This document shows, piece after piece, positions 1-18,870 of a stretch of DNA of 64,000 bases. Each line of letters begins with the position of its first letter. Positions within the stretch are counted from its first letter, which is position 1. Made by a program: the position numbers and the translations under genes. The notes under the pieces are model-generated. The model searched no databases. It was not told the origin of the DNA and saw nothing but the letters and a program-made list of their open reading frames with translations. Source of the DNA: the human T2T-CHM13v2.0 reference genome, Homo sapiens; NCBI RefSeq assembly GCF_009914755.1, contig NC_060940.1. One strand, given 5' to 3'.

Positions 1-112
1 GGAAGTGGAGGTGCTGATCTGGGTACCGTCCCCAAGGCTGAGAAGGAGCCTGGGACTTGGCAGAGTCCCAAGAAGAGACAGGGGGTATGAGGGCCCTTGG
101 TACTAAAAACAG

Positions 113-438
<326 letters not shown>

Positions 439-679
439 CTAAGAATAAGGCTCTTTCTGGCTGCTAGGAAGGGCCCCGGTCCCTAAGCTTGGCTCATGAG
501 CAGTGGAGCTGCCACCTTTGAGGGCTCCTGGAGCTTGGAGTCAGGGCACAGAGCAGGCCCAGTGTGGATTTGAGCCTGGAGGGCCTTTCCACACATACCT
601 GACCCAATATGCTCCTGAGACCTTCTCCCAGCTCTGGGGAGCAATGGCAGGGAGCCCTGGTATTAAATAATTGTGGCTA

Positions 680-984
<305 letters not shown>

Positions 985-1040
985 TGATTGTGGTTCACAA
1001 CACATTCCATTTAATTTAGAAAAAAATAATGGATTATGGC

Positions 1041-1328
1041 TTAAAAAAAAAACAGAGTCTTGTTCTGTTGCTCAGGCTGGAGTGCAGTAGTATAATCATA
1101 GCTCACCACAGCCTTGAACTTCTGGGCTCAAGCAATCTCCCTGCCTCAGCCTCCCAAGTAGCTGGGACTATAGGTGCACACCAACACACCCTGCCTTTTT
1201 TTTTTTTTTTTTTTGGTAGGATGGGGGTCTTGCTACGTTGCCCAGGCGGGTCGGGAACTCCTCAAGCAATCCTCCTGCCTCGGCCTTCCAAAGTACTGGT
1301 ATGATAGGCATGAGTCACTGCGCCTGGC
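1041..1328 (-). mobile_element. Alu (AluJ-like)
   Basis: Reverse-complement Alu. Confidence 0.9.
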
Positions 1329-1707
1329 TAGATTGTAATGTTTTTACAACCCATGTTTGTGGAGTGAAACTTATGTGTGTGATTAATGGTCAGGGATTCC
1401 ACCAGGGAGACTGGGGGCCACTCCCCTGACAGCCTCTGGAAACCCCACCCCTAGACTGTCCTCAGCTACTCAGCTGCATCTCTTAACCCCTGCAAAGCAC
1501 TTAGAGCAATGCCTTGTGTGTAGCAAGGTTGCATAAGAGCCTGCTCTTACTGCTGCTGTTTTCATTCCATCTAGCACTTTACAAGCTTCAGGCAAGAAGT
1601 CCTAGATTCATGAAACACCAGCATGTCCTCCTGGGAAGAAAAGGCTCTTGGAGAGCCGAGCTTATGACAGAAAAGAGACATCAACAAATTCTCCTCCTAA
1701 TATTTCT

Positions 1708-2005
1708 TGATTGATTGATTGATTGAGACAGGGTCTCACTCTGTTGCCCAGGCTGGAGTGCAGTGGTGAGATCACAGCTCCCTGTAGCCTCAACTTCTCA
1801 GGCTCAAGCAATCCTCCTGCCTCAGCCTCCTGAGTAGCTGGAACCACAGACACCTACCACAATGCCTGGCTAATTTTAAAATTTCTTGTAGAGATGGGGT
1901 CTTGACACATTGCCCAGGCTGGTCTCAAACTCCTGAGTTCAAGCAGTCTGCCCATCTTAGCCTTCCAAAGCGCTGGCACTACAGGTGTGAGCCACGGCAC
2001 CCGGC
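1708..2005 (-). mobile_element. Alu (AluJ-like) with (GATT)n tail
   Basis: Reverse-complement Alu flanked by tcctcctaat / tcttcctaat. Confidence 0.9.
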
Positions 2006-2825
2006 CTCTTCCTAATGCTTAAAGAGAAAAATGTAAAGATGCATCAGTGAGTCTCAGGACGCTTCCCATCACTAACCTCTCTCTCCTTGGGCCACTGACT
2101 TGCTGTCCAAACAGTGCACCCTGGTCATGATTCATGTGCGTTAGCCATATCCAATGGCTACCCAGCTCCTCCTGCAGTCTTGGAGCTGAGGCCTTCCCTT
2201 AGGAAGGGAAGGGACCCCTCTTCAGGGGTCCAGATTTTCCCTCCAGCTTCATAGCAAATCCCATGACCCACCAACAAATGACAGCAAGCCCACCCTCCCT
2301 CCCACCTGGATTCGCCCATCCAGCGTGAGACACCTGTCCACCCAAGTCCCTGCTAGCTTCCCATTGAGATTGACTCTCCCATTCAGAAAGCGTAAGAGAA
2401 GAGGATATTGATGGCTCCCTGCAAACACATGATCGCCGTGGAGATGGAGATGGGCAAGCATGCAGAGCAACGGGGCCGGAGACCTGGCTGAGGGAGGGGA
2501 AGCCATCCCGAAATGAATCCTGGAGTGGGTTGGGACCCTGCACGGATACACTGCGACCGATTGCTTGTGTGTAGGCAGCTTCAGCTCCAGGATTACAAGG
2601 CCACCAGATGAGGTCTGGAAAGGTGAGGGCTGTGTCGTTGCCGCCAGGTAAATATGGATTCCTGGGTCACAAAACCCAAATAGTAATGTTTCCTGTGGTG
2701 GACACTACCTGAAAGGACCCCGATGTTAGTAAACAGGCAACTATAATTCACTATATCTTCTGAGCATATCAAATTCCTAATAGAGAATATAATGGCAGAG
2801 TACCATGTTAAGAAAAGCAATCACA

Positions 2826-3131
2826 GGCCAGGTGTGGTGGCTCACACCTGTAATCCCAGCCCTTTGGGAGGCTGAGGTGGGAGAATCGCTTGAGGCCAGG
2901 AGTTTGAGACCAGCCTGGGCAACATAGCGAGACCCCCATCTCTACAAAAATTTAAAAATTAGCCAGGTGTGATGGTGTGCACCTGTGGTCCCAGCTACTT
3001 GGGAGGCTGAGGAAGGAGGATGGCTTGAGCCCAGAAGGTTGAAGCTGCAGTAAGCCATGATCACGCCATGGCACTCTATCCTGGATGACAGGGCAGGACA
3101 CTGTCTCAAAAAAAGAAAAGAAAAAGAAAAA
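2826..3131 (+). mobile_element. Alu (AluJ-like)
   Basis: Full dimer. Confidence 0.92.
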
Positions 3132-3250
3132 CATCTAAGTACCATTTCCATAACTCTATTGCTAAGCTCAATGGTTATCAAATGCTTATCACAAAGATTC
3201 AACCTGGACACATACCCAGCTCCTGGCTGCTTCATAAATACTCCTGCTCC

Positions 3251-3429
<179 letters not shown>

Positions 3430-3599
3430 TAAATGGATTCATGGCCTCCTTCACACTCTTCCCCCATCCAAAGCACCCCCCACACACTCACAGATGCGCT
3501 CACGCACACACGCACACACACAGTGTTGTCTACTCAGTGTGTTCTCCCAAAAAGAGAGGTGTTCAAACTCCGTGTGCCTCATTTTGTTGTGACAACTTT

Positions 3600-3922
<323 letters not shown>

Positions 3923-3968
3923 TAAACTCAATGCTCAGTCCTCCATAGCCCTCCAGTTCTTGCTGAAC

Positions 3969-4144
3969 TTTTTTTTTTTTTAAATAGAGACAGGATCGCC
4001 CTATGTTGCCCAGGCCTGGAGTACAGTGGCCATTCACGAGCATAATCACCATGCTCTACAGCCTCGAACTGCTGGCCTCAAGTGAACCTCCTGCCTCAGC
4101 CTCCCAAGCAACTGGGATTACAGGTGTGCACCACCATGCCTGGC
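3969..4144 (-). mobile_element. FAM (fossil Alu monomer, 7SL-derived)
   Basis: Contains the 7SL-like insert ...agtggccattcacgagcataatc... which is absent from dimeric Alus and diagnostic of FAM. Confidence 0.75.
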
Positions 4145-4427
4145 TACACTGGACTTTTTAAGTTAGATACTCACAGGGACATTAGCAATGAATCGACTTC
4201 ACAAAGCTTCCTCATGGATAGAGTTCCTCTGCATTTTACAGTTAGGACCCAGGTCAGCTTCTGCAACTTCATGCTAAAAATTTATCAATGTCAATTTTTT
4301 AAACGTGCAAAAATATGTTAACACAGCATTAAACAAGAAGATAGGACACCACCTACGCATCCATTTTCCCCATATGCACTGATTTTAATGAAATTGCTGC
4401 TGTTTATGAAATACAAATGACTGGTAA

Positions 4428-5279
<852 letters not shown>

Positions 5280-5699
5280 TAATCTATTCTGAAAACCCGG
5301 GGTTTCATTGTAGGTGAACTGATTAGGGAGTCCGCATTCTTCCAGGGTGACATAAATCCTGCACCCGTGGGGAAGGGTGATAATATAGATTGCATTCTTG
5401 CCTTAGGTAGGTGGACACATTATCCTGGGACCCCAGGCAGCACTTTCTAGACTTTTCTCCCAGTTATATCCATAAGGGACAGGCTCATGACTGCAAGGAC
5501 TTCAGCTCCCTGCCACGCCAAAGACACAAGAGCAGGGGCCCCCGAAAGCCTAAAGGGAAACCAGAAGGTTTCCCTTTATGACGCTCATTCACTCAAAAAG
5601 CACCGCATGTCCCATAAACCTGACCTCAACTCCTCTCAGGGAGAAAAAGCTGGGTTGAACTGGTGCATATTTATTTTTTTCTATAGGAAACTTTATAGA

Positions 5700-5966
5700 T
5701 TTTTTTTTTTTTTTTTTTGAGACAGAGTCTTGCTCTGCAGTCCAGGCTGGAGTGCAGTGGCCCAATCTCAGCTCACTGCAGCCTCTGCCTCCCAGGTTCA
5801 AGCCAGTCTCCCACCTCAGCTGGCAGTAGCTGGGATTACAGGCACATGCCACCACGCCTGGCTAATTTTTTTGTATTTTCAGTAGACAGGGTTTCGCCAT
5901 GTTGGCCAGGCTGGTCTCGAACTCCTAACCTCAAGTGATCCACCCGCCTCAGCCTCCCAAAGTGCT
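5700..5966 (-). mobile_element. 5'-truncated AluS
   Basis: Reverse Alu with TSD tataggaaacttt. Confidence 0.9.
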
Positions 5967-6247
5967 TGTATAGGAAACTTTGTAAAATGCTGCACACACC
6001 AGCCTCTGCCTGAGCATTAGCAGTTTGGAGAGAGAGAGGAACACAGAGCTAGGTCATCTCTCCAGAGGAGCCAGGTCCCACCCCTGATCGTTGCTTTGTG
6101 ACTTTGTGAAGTGTCTGGGTTCACAATGGTGAGTGGGGGAACTGAATTAGAAGGGCTCTAGCCCTTTTCCCTCTGAAATCTTACCATTCTGTGAACCCTC
6201 CTACTGGGCTTGGGGATCTTCATTTTTGCAGAAGTCGTGACTGTAAC

Positions 6248-6860
6248 GCTGGGTGTGGTGGCTCACACCTGTAATCCCAGCACTTTGGGAGGCGGAGGTG
6301 GGCAGATCACCTGAGGTCAGGAGTTCGAGATCAGCCTGGCCAACATGGTGAAACCCCATCTCTCCTAAAAATACAAAAATTAGCCAGGCATGATGGCAGG
6401 CACCTGTAACCCCAGCTACTCAGGAGGCTGAGGAAGAAGAATCACTTGAACCTGGCTGCAGTGAGCCGAGATCATGCCACTGCACTCTTGCCTGGGCAAC
6501 AGAGCAAGACTCCATTTCAAAAAAAAAAAAGAAGAAGAAAAAGAAGGAGTAATCGTACTAATTGGCTGGAGGACATGGGGAATCTGAACTGTCAAAGGGA
6601 AGAAGTCAGGAAAAACTGAATGTTAGACATAGCCCACCTTGACTCCTAGAGGAGCTTGGCGAAAAGCTTGGGAAGCAGACACTAGACAGTGGCCCTTCAC
6701 TAAAAACCACGTCTCTGGCCGGGAGTGGTGGCTCATGCCTGTAATCCCAGCACTTTGGGAGGCCGAGGCGGGCAAATCACCTGGGGTTGGGAGTTCGAGA
6801 CCAGCCTGACCAACATGGGGAAACCCCATCTCTACTAAAAATATTATAATAATAATAATT
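6248..6860 (+). mobile_element. AluS (6248-6545) and a left-arm-only Alu (6717-6860)
   Basis: Alu consensus match. The second is flanked by taaaaacca(c/t)gtctc. Confidence 0.88.
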
Positions 6861-6973
6861 TAAAAACCATGTCTCCTTAGTCACTTCCTGGGTGCTGGCA
6901 AATTGGATATGGGTACATTACAGATTTACCTCATTCCATCCTTACGACAGCCCTTTGGGGTAGGTACAAGTGG

Positions 6974-7911
<938 letters not shown>

Positions 7912-8199
7912 GTGACTATTCACTGCTTCCCAATCTCCAGCCCTCCCTTCCTTCTTAGTAGCAGAATCCTAGAAATGTGTCTAGCTAGAAAACTATTGTA
8001 TTAGTTAGCTATTGCTGCGTAACAAATGAGCACAACGCTTAGCTCCTGAAATCAAAACAAAAAAGTTTGGCATCTCATGTTTTCAGTGGGTCCTCTGACT
8101 CGGGTCTCTTGTGAGACTGCATTGAGATTTCCACAAGGGCTGCCATCATCTGAAGGTTAATCTGGGGAAGGATCTTCTTCCCAAGCTCACTCATGATAA

Positions 8200-8559
<360 letters not shown>

Positions 8560-8607
8560 TGAAACCTAATCTCACAAGGGACATCCCATCACTTTTACCA
8601 TAGATGT

Positions 8608-8962
8608 TGATATGGCTTGGCTGTGTCCCCACCCAAATCTCAACTTGAATGGTATCTCTCAGAATTCCCCCATGTTGTGGGAGGGACCCGGGGGGAGATA
8701 ATTGAATCATGGGGGCTGGTCTTTCCCGTGTTATTCTTGTGATAGTGAATAAGTCTCTTGAGATCTGATGGGTTTATCAGGGGTTTCCGCTTTTGCTTCT
8801 TCCTCATTTTTCTCTTGCTGCCACCATGACAGAAGTGCCTTTCACCTCCCACCGTGATTCTGAGGCCTCTCCAGCCATATGGAACTGTAAGTCCAATAAA
8901 ATCCCTTTTTCTTCCCAGTCTCAGGTATGTCATTATCAGCTGCATGAAAACAGACTAATGCA
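8608..8962 (+). mobile_element. THE1A-like solo LTR (ERVL-MaLR)
   Basis: tgatatggcttggctgtgtccccacccaaatctc...gactaatgca with a perfect 5-bp TSD GATGT (8603-8607, 8963-8967). Confidence 0.9.
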
Positions 8963-9070
8963 GATGTTATTGCAGCTAGACATGGTTATGTGACTAAATT
9001 CTATTCTTCCAGCCATAGTCTATTGCTTAGAAGAAAGTTACTAGATCCAGCCACACTCAAAGCGAGTGGG

Positions 9071-9103
9071 AATACAAATACAAATACAAATACAAATACA
9101 AAT
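9071..9103. repeat. (AATACA)5 hexamer repeat
   Basis: Read directly. Confidence 0.9.
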
Positions 9104-9214
9104 TTCCCCCCTTCCTCACAAGGGGGAAAATGCTGGAATAAAGGGATTAATGGGGACTTTTGGGGAGTGGAGAAGGGCCTTTTTTTTTTCTTGAGACAGG
9201 ATCTCACTCTGTAA

Positions 9215-9355
<141 letters not shown>

Positions 9356-9534
9356 TAGTGACAGGGTTTCACTACGTTGCCCAGGCTTGTCTGGAACTCC
9401 TGGGCTCAAGTAATCCTCCTGCCTTGGCCTCCCAAAGTGTGAGCCACTGCATCCAGTGATATTGGGGCCATTTTTGAGGCTACCTACCACAGCTACCTCT
9501 CCCAGATGTTCTTGCAGATAGGCATGGCCAAATG

Positions 9535-10223
<689 letters not shown>

Positions 10224-10690
10224 CTAGGTACATAGGACTTACCCAAGGTCAGAAGCAAGTAAGTGGTTGAGGCTGAGCTTGACTTCCAATTTGTTTCACT
10301 ACAAACCACATCTTTCCTCCAATGCTTCTATTTTATTTTTCTTTTTTGAGACGGCCTCTTCCAATGCTTCTAGAGAGAGATCTATGAGGCGGGGGCAGGG
10401 GGGGTGTCAACCAGAGCTCCTGCCTTATCTTTTAGACAATTTTCACTATATGAAGTCAAACGGGAGACAGGAGTGCTATGTGACGGTAGCCTGGCAAAGC
10501 AGTCCCTTTGCTAAGGCAGGGAGGTTTTATGACTGGTTTTATTTATCAGGCTGCCTGTCTCTCCTGTGGGGACACTCAGCAAGGGAACATTGTGGACTGG
10601 GAAATTGTTGGTTTGGGAAACGTTCCCAATTTCAGCATAAGTGATAGGGAAGGCTGGGCCGAAAGGGCAAAAAGTCGGAAGGACTTTTTG

Positions 10691-10749
10691 TCTGGGAAGG
10701 ATCTGGGCTGTGTCTGGGAAGGATCTGGGAAGGATCTGGGCTGTGTCTG
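10691..10749. repeat. 11-bp modular minisatellite (TCTGGGAAGGA / TCTGGGCTGTG; order A-B-A-A-B)
   Basis: Read directly. Confidence 0.9.
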
Positions 10750-11315
10750 AAGCCGGGCAGTGTTGTTGTAGACTGAAGACTTGGCAGGGCAAGGCCAGTA
10801 GCAATGCCCTTCTAGAGGAGGGACAGGGAGATTAAAAAGCCCCAACTCACGAGGCCATCTCCTTCTGGAGAAGACCTTAATCAGATCCCCATGGAAGGAT
10901 GATGGAAGTTGCTTGTTGAGATGGGTCATTCCCTAACCACGGAACTCCAATTCAGTCCCTGGGACCTAACAGACAAGCTCACCTTCCATTGGGGGTGAAA
11001 CGATGCTTGTCACCTCAACTTCCCTGCAGCCTTTTTCCTGTTTAAAAACTTGCTTCTTTCATTCATTCACCCTAACCTACAGCAGTCCCTTGAGACAGGA
11101 ACATTAACCTAGTTAATGCACTCACCTGGATGAAAGAAGAGTATCAGCTCACCAATTTGCTGTAAGTTAATGAGCGCCTCTCAAGGATCCAAAAAGGCTT
11201 TTGCAGATTAAGCTGGATGTTTCTGTTTCACTCTTTGCACTGGTCTACGATGACTATGCACCAGCAGCCTCTTTTTTCACAGACTGCAGGGTCTTTCCTG
11301 TAGCCAAATATTCTC

Positions 11316-11790
11316 TGTAATCATTTGGGCTTTTATGGTGGCAGGTGTCAGAAATGTAACTCAAACTAGGGTAAGCAAAAGTGAGAGAAGATGTATGGAT
11401 TTATGGAACAGGAAGGGATGGGGTGGATCTAGCACTGGGCACATATGGAGCCTTCTATAGCTGCTGTCCATATGCTCCCTCAAACTGGGTTGTCCTCCTT
11501 CCCTCCTCCTGCAGATGGGTTCCCAGCGTGGACTGGAAGATGGCGGCCAGCAAGCCCACATCCTGTTCTTCCAGCATAGTGGCTATAACAGGCAAGAGGA
11601 TCTTCCCCATGATTGAGACATCTGGGTCACATGCTCATCCCAGGGCAAGGGAGCTCTCTGATCAACTGGCCTGGGTCCTGTTCCCACCTCCTACAGATGG
11701 GAGGGCAGGGTGCTGTGAATGGCAGGCTTCACCAGAATTCATTATTAGAGAAGATCAGCTCAAAGAAATGGGGTGCTTCCAGAAAACAGC
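11316..11790. mobile_element. Old ERVL/MaLR-type LTR remnant (LTR33/MLT1-like)
   Basis: Blocks cagaaatgtaactcaaactagggtaagcaaaa, aagatggcggccagc and ctgggtcacatgctcatccc resemble these families. Confidence 0.5.
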
Positions 11791-11989
11791 GGCTCATTTC
11801 TACTTCAGTCCAACATTGCACAGAGGTGGATGAAGGTTTCTCTGTGCATGTTTGCAAAACCAAGTCCCCAGCAGTCGTAGATGGATTTCCCAATGCAGAG
11901 CCACTCCTGAATCTGGTGTGGGAATCCTTCCCACCCTTCTTGCCCATCCTGTCTTCTGTCTTCCTGGCCCTCTCCCCTCACTTTCCTGC

Positions 11990-12305
11990 TTTTGTTTCTT
12001 TTTTCTTTTCTTTTCCTTTCCTTTTCGTCTTTCTTTCTTTTCTTTGTCATTCTTTCTTCCTTTTCTTCCTTCCTTCTTTCCTTTCTCCTTCCTTCCTTCT
12101 CTTTCTCTCCTTTCTTTCTTCTCTCTCTTTCTTCTTTCTTCCTTTTTTTTTTTTTTTTTTTTTTGAGTCAGGATCTTGCTTTGTCACCCAGGCTGGAGCG
12201 CAGTGACACAATCATAGCTAGCCGCAGCCTCAACCTCCTGGGCTCAAGCAGTCCTCCCTCCTCACCCTCCTGGGTAGCTGGGACCATAGGCACACACCAC
12301 CTGGC
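11990..12305 (-). repeat. ~175-bp CT-rich low-complexity tract plus an Alu right arm
   Basis: Near-pure pyrimidine tract 11990-12164 continuing into a reverse Alu monomer. Confidence 0.88.
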
Positions 12306-13029
12306 TAATTCCTACCGGCTTTTCTGTGGATGAGGATCTTAACCGCTAACTAATAAAGTTCCTGGGACAGACCCTGCTATGCTCCCTCCAGAACATAACC
12401 AGGGCTGAGCTTTCTCTGTCGCAGGAGTTCCCTCTCTGGTCCTTGCCTCAGCCCTCTGACAGCTCCCCTCACTGCACTCTGAAGACAGAAGAGCTGCTAG
12501 TAAGCTGGGCTGCCAATTCCAGACAACGTTTGACCTTTCAACCTGAGCAGGCTGAGCGGCGGCTGAGTGCAGAGCCACAGCTGGATGTTGACAGTTCTTG
12601 GCCACCAAGAGGGAAAGAGAAACGCAGACCCATATTCTGCGGGCGGAAGGGGCAGTCGAATGTGGTCAGTTTGACACCTCCCAGTGCCGGCTGAAGAGAC
12701 ACTGGATGGGTGAGCACCTTACGATTTTGTCTCCAAACTGCTTGGGCCATAAAATAAATCTCCCGCTTGTCAAGGAGTTCGAGCTGCACATCCATGACCC
12801 TGCACATCGTGTCTGCTCACAGCAACCTCAGCGTGGCCAGGAGTCCGGGGCAGGAAAATGTGCTGGGGTGACCTGATGACCACCCAGAGGCCTCCAGGCT
12901 TGCCTCCACCATGATGGTAGGAAGTTGATCAATATCTTGACCAGTATCTGTGGCTGGGTATTCCTGCTCTCTCCCTGCTGTGGAGGCCAGGACGCTGCTC
13001 CTAAGACAGTAGAAGCTTCTGCCTTAGAA

Positions 13030-13378
13030 GAGGGGTGCCCAACTCCAGGGCTGTGGACCAATAAGCATTCCATGGCCTATTGGGAACCGGCCGCACAGCA
13101 GGAGGTGTGCGGCAGGTGAGTGAGCATTACTACCTGAGCCCTGACTCCTGTCAGATCAGTGTGGCATTATATTCCCATAGAAGCACAAACCCTATTGTGG
13201 ACTGCACGTGCAAGGGATGTAGGTTGGGCACCTCTTACGAGAATCTAACGTCTGATGATCTGAGGTGGAACAGTTTCATCCCGAAACCATCCCCTCCCAC
13301 CCCCACCCCCCGCCCCCATCCGTGGAAAATTGTCTTCTACAAAACTGGTCCTTGGTGCCAAAAAGATGTGGACTGCTG
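13030..13378 (+). mobile_element. MER1B (hAT-Charlie non-autonomous DNA transposon)
   Basis: Full-length match by eye (gaaccggccgcacagcaggaggtg...ctgaggtggaacagtttcatcccgaaaccatcccc...ggtgccaaaaag) with degenerate 8-bp TSD ccttagaa/gcttagag. Confidence 0.88.
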
Positions 13379-13486
13379 GCTTAGAGAGAAGCCAAATGAG
13401 CCCTCCTAACATACAGAGGCCATTGTATTGTGTTCCAGAATTAGGATGGCCTCAGGAGTCCATCTTGTCCCGTTTCTTTCTACCTT

Positions 13487-14740
13487 CATCCCTCCTTCCC
13501 TCCCTTCTTTCCTTCCTTACTTCCAAGCTGAGGTCTCGCTATGTTGCCCAGTCTGGTCTCCAACTCCTGGCCTCAAGCAATCCTCCCTCTTCACTCAGCC
13601 TCCCAAGTAGCTGGTACTACAGACACATGCCACTGTGCTTGGCTAATTTTTTTTTTTTTTGAGATGGAGTCTCACTCCGTCACCCAGGCTGGAGTGCAAT
13701 GGCATGATCTTGGCTTACTGAACCTCCTGAGTTCAAGCGATTTTCCTGCCTCAGCCTACTGAGTAGCTGGGGTTACAGGAGCCTGCCACCACACCCGGCT
13801 AATTTTTGTATTTTTAGTAGAGACAGGGTTTCACCCTGTTGGTCAGGCTGGTCTTGAATTCCTGACCTCGTAATCCACCCGCCTTGGCTTCCCAAAGTAT
13901 TGGGATTACAGGCGTGAGCCACCGTGCCCAGCCATGCTTCGCTAATTTTTAAATTTTTAGTAGAGATGGGGGTCTTGCTACGTTGCTCGGGCTGGTCTCA
14001 AACTCCTGGGCTCAAGCAATCTTCCTGCCTTGGCTTCCCAAAGTGCTGGGATTATAGGCGTGAGCCACTGCACCTGGCTTCATTGTCTTCTTTCATGGTG
14101 GTGTCCCAAACCCCTGTTATGCTGTCAGCCCGGTATTCTAAAGATGGGTCCCCAGACCCCCTTGGCCACCTTTCTTAGGGGTCCTGTCTGTGATGACCAT
14201 CACAGTCAAGGCCGTCATTTTCTGTCTAGCCACCCTCACTTCTGCCGCACATGGTGCCCTATTTTCTTAGTCATCTCACTCATTTGAGGCCAAAGGACCT
14301 AGTGATGGGGAGTGGGTCCTCAATACTGTGTGTCACCTCCTGGGTCCGTTTGTGTCCAGGTGCTTATTTGAAACCTTCCTTTGCCCTGTGTTTCCACTGG
14401 CCCATTTTTGATTTAAGTCATGGATACATTCATAAGTTCTGGTTTTTTGTTTTCTTAAGAGATGGGGTTCTCACTCTGTCACTCAGGCTGGAGTACACTG
14501 TCTTGATCATAGCTCACTGCAGCCTCGACCTCCCAGGCTCAAGCAATCTTCCTGCCTTAGTCTCCCAAGTAGCTGAGACTACAGGCATGTGCCACCACAC
14601 CCAGATAATTTTTGTATTTTTTTGATAGACAGGGTCTTGCCATGTTGTCCAGGCTGGTCCCAAACTCCTAGCCTCAAGTGATCCTCCTGCCTCAGCCTCC
14701 CAAAGTGTTGGGACTACAGGTGTGAGCCACTCCACCTGGC
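13487..14740 (-). mobile_element. Alu cluster (FLAM-like 13530-13645, AluS 13647-13932, Alu left arm to 14078, AluJ 14455-14740)
   Basis: Reverse Alu consensus matches. Confidence 0.88.
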
Positions 14741-15759
14741 CAAGAGTTCTTTTTTAAAAAAATGTTTACCTTTTTTTCTCCCCGTTTTTGGTTCTGGAGT
14801 CCAGGGGCAAGAAGAAGAGAGGGGGCAGATCCTTCTAAGTCCCAGTGCAAGCTCTCTTCCCCATGGAGGGGAATTGCTCCCAGAATTGAGCTGCTTCTCA
14901 GCACATTGGTCTATTTTTGCAGGAGAGCTGGCTGCCCCATGCCAAGGTTTCTTACCGCAAATAGAACTCCTGGAAGGGCCCACTGGTTTCCTCTGGGCGT
15001 TCAGACATCTCTTCACATTTCCTTTGGCTTTCCTGCCGTATCCCCAAAAGGAGATATTTAGAGGCTCTTCTGTTGTATTGCCATTGCAGGTACTTTCTGA
15101 GGCTCTCCAGAGGGACTCCTCCTGGGTGGCAGTAAGCCCAGCCTCATTCCTCAGCTCTGGCTCCTGGCACGCCTCTCTGACACACCCAGGAAGCTGAGCT
15201 GGAGGCCCCTGGGGTAGCCAGAAGGCCCATCTGAATTCCACATGGTGGGCTCATCCCCCTGAAACAGTAGAACAGACAAACCACCAGTGCCCACTGTCAG
15301 CATCCCTGTCCCTCAGACTCCCTGGACTTTTAAGTGCCTCTGGACCCCACCTCTCATTCGGGACAGAATTTGGGAGTTGGGTGTGTGTCACCCTAAGAGC
15401 CATGGGCACAGTGATACGCAACCAAGACCCCTACAATGGGATGTCTACAAATCTCAGCGCTCACGGCACAATTCCTAAGAGTCAAATTACAACAGGTTGG
15501 GGAAAAAAGACAAGACCACCTCACCAGCTTGATGGGGACTGTCAACCAGGCAAGAGCCACGTGTGCCCAAGACTGGCTTTGATGTGTCAGGGTCCAAGGT
15601 TAGGAGGGGCAGGGGAAAGCCATGCCTCACAGCACTCAATACAGAGCTTCAGAAGATTCCAGAACACCACCACACCCAATCATTTGCAGGGCTCCCACCT
15701 TACGTAAGTGTCTCAACTCTCTCTCTCAGTCTGTGTGGCCGTTAAAACTCCGTCTCTGG

Positions 15760-16250
<491 letters not shown>

Positions 16251-16461
16251 CTAGTCTCCTCAACATGAGGGACAGAGGGACATTTTCCATGTGGTCAAAT
16301 CATCTGAACTAAAGACACTATTGAGTTAAGAGGCACCAACTCATCATATGAACGAGAGATGGAAGTGACATTTCCCTTGGAGTTGCTCCCAGCTGGCACA
16401 GATTTGTGTGTAAACAAGTGTGGTACATTTCCCCTTTCAGTTGATGTAGCTTTCTGCAGAC

Positions 16462-16642
16462 CAGCAGCTCCCAAACTTGCGCAGGCACTAGAATCACCTG
16501 GAGGGCTTGTTTCCAGACAGCCAGGCCCTGGCCCTGGAGCTCCTGACTCAGTAGGACTGAAGTGGGGCCCAAGAATGCACATTTCTAGCAAGGTCTCAGG
16601 TAAGGCTGATGCTGCTCCACTGGGGCCACACGCTGAGAACAA
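16462..16642. mobile_element. MER5A (hAT-Charlie)
   Basis: tagaatcacctggagggcttgtt...ctgactcagtagg...ggggcccaagaatgcacatttctagcaag...gctgatgctgct. Confidence 0.8.
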
Positions 16643-16986
16643 GGAGTTTCAAAGCCCGGCCAGCAGGTTCCATGTCTGTTTCTTCCTGGGGGTGAAACCC
16701 CTTGTCGCTGTGGGCCCCCATATCCCCCTTGTAATTGAATGTTTAAGGCCAGGCGTGGTGACTCACACCTGTCATCCCAGGTGTACCATAAACCCACCTA
16801 TCTACCCACTACCTAGATTTGGTAATTATTATTTTCTGTATTTGTTTCATCTCACTCTGTGAGGTTAAAGATAAGTTAGACATTAGACATATCACTCCTA
16901 AGTACAATTAACAAATTTCAGTATCATCTAATAGCCTGTCCACATTCTAATATTCTCAGTTGTCCCAATATATAAAAATATATTTC

Positions 16987-18599
<1,613 letters not shown>

Positions 18600-18704
18600 T
18601 TATGAAGGGATCCCAGCCACCCTCAGTTGCTGGGCACCCCCACCTCCTTCTATCTTTATCTACCTACCCCGTGATGTCCTTCGTCTGGATGACGGTATCA
18701 AATC

Positions 18705-18870
18705 GTGGTTAGGCACATGGGCGTTGCAGTCGGACATCCTGGGGCTTGAATTCCAGCTCTGCCACTGACCCTGACCTCCAGTGCAGGTTACTGAACCCGC
18801 CTGAGCCTCAGTTTATCTTCAAATGGGGATAATCGTGCCTAAACGTCGAGTACAAAATGCTTCCCATAGA
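18705..18870 (+). mobile_element. MIR
   Basis: gaattccagctctgccactg...ctgagcctcagtttatcttcaaatggggataat. Confidence 0.7.

Noticed and set aside
10691-10749. CRISPR-like or other prokaryotic repeat array
   Set aside because: No unique spacers and no cas genes. The whole window is primate DNA with no sign of a foreign insert.
11613-12206. Longest ORF (197 aa), superficially like a membrane protein
   Set aside because: The F/L/S-rich half is the CT-rich tract, and the ORF ends in an Alu.
14714-15241. 175-aa minus-strand ORF in partly unique sequence
   Set aside because: No recognisable domain, it ends in an Alu, and comparable ORFs overlap on the other strand.
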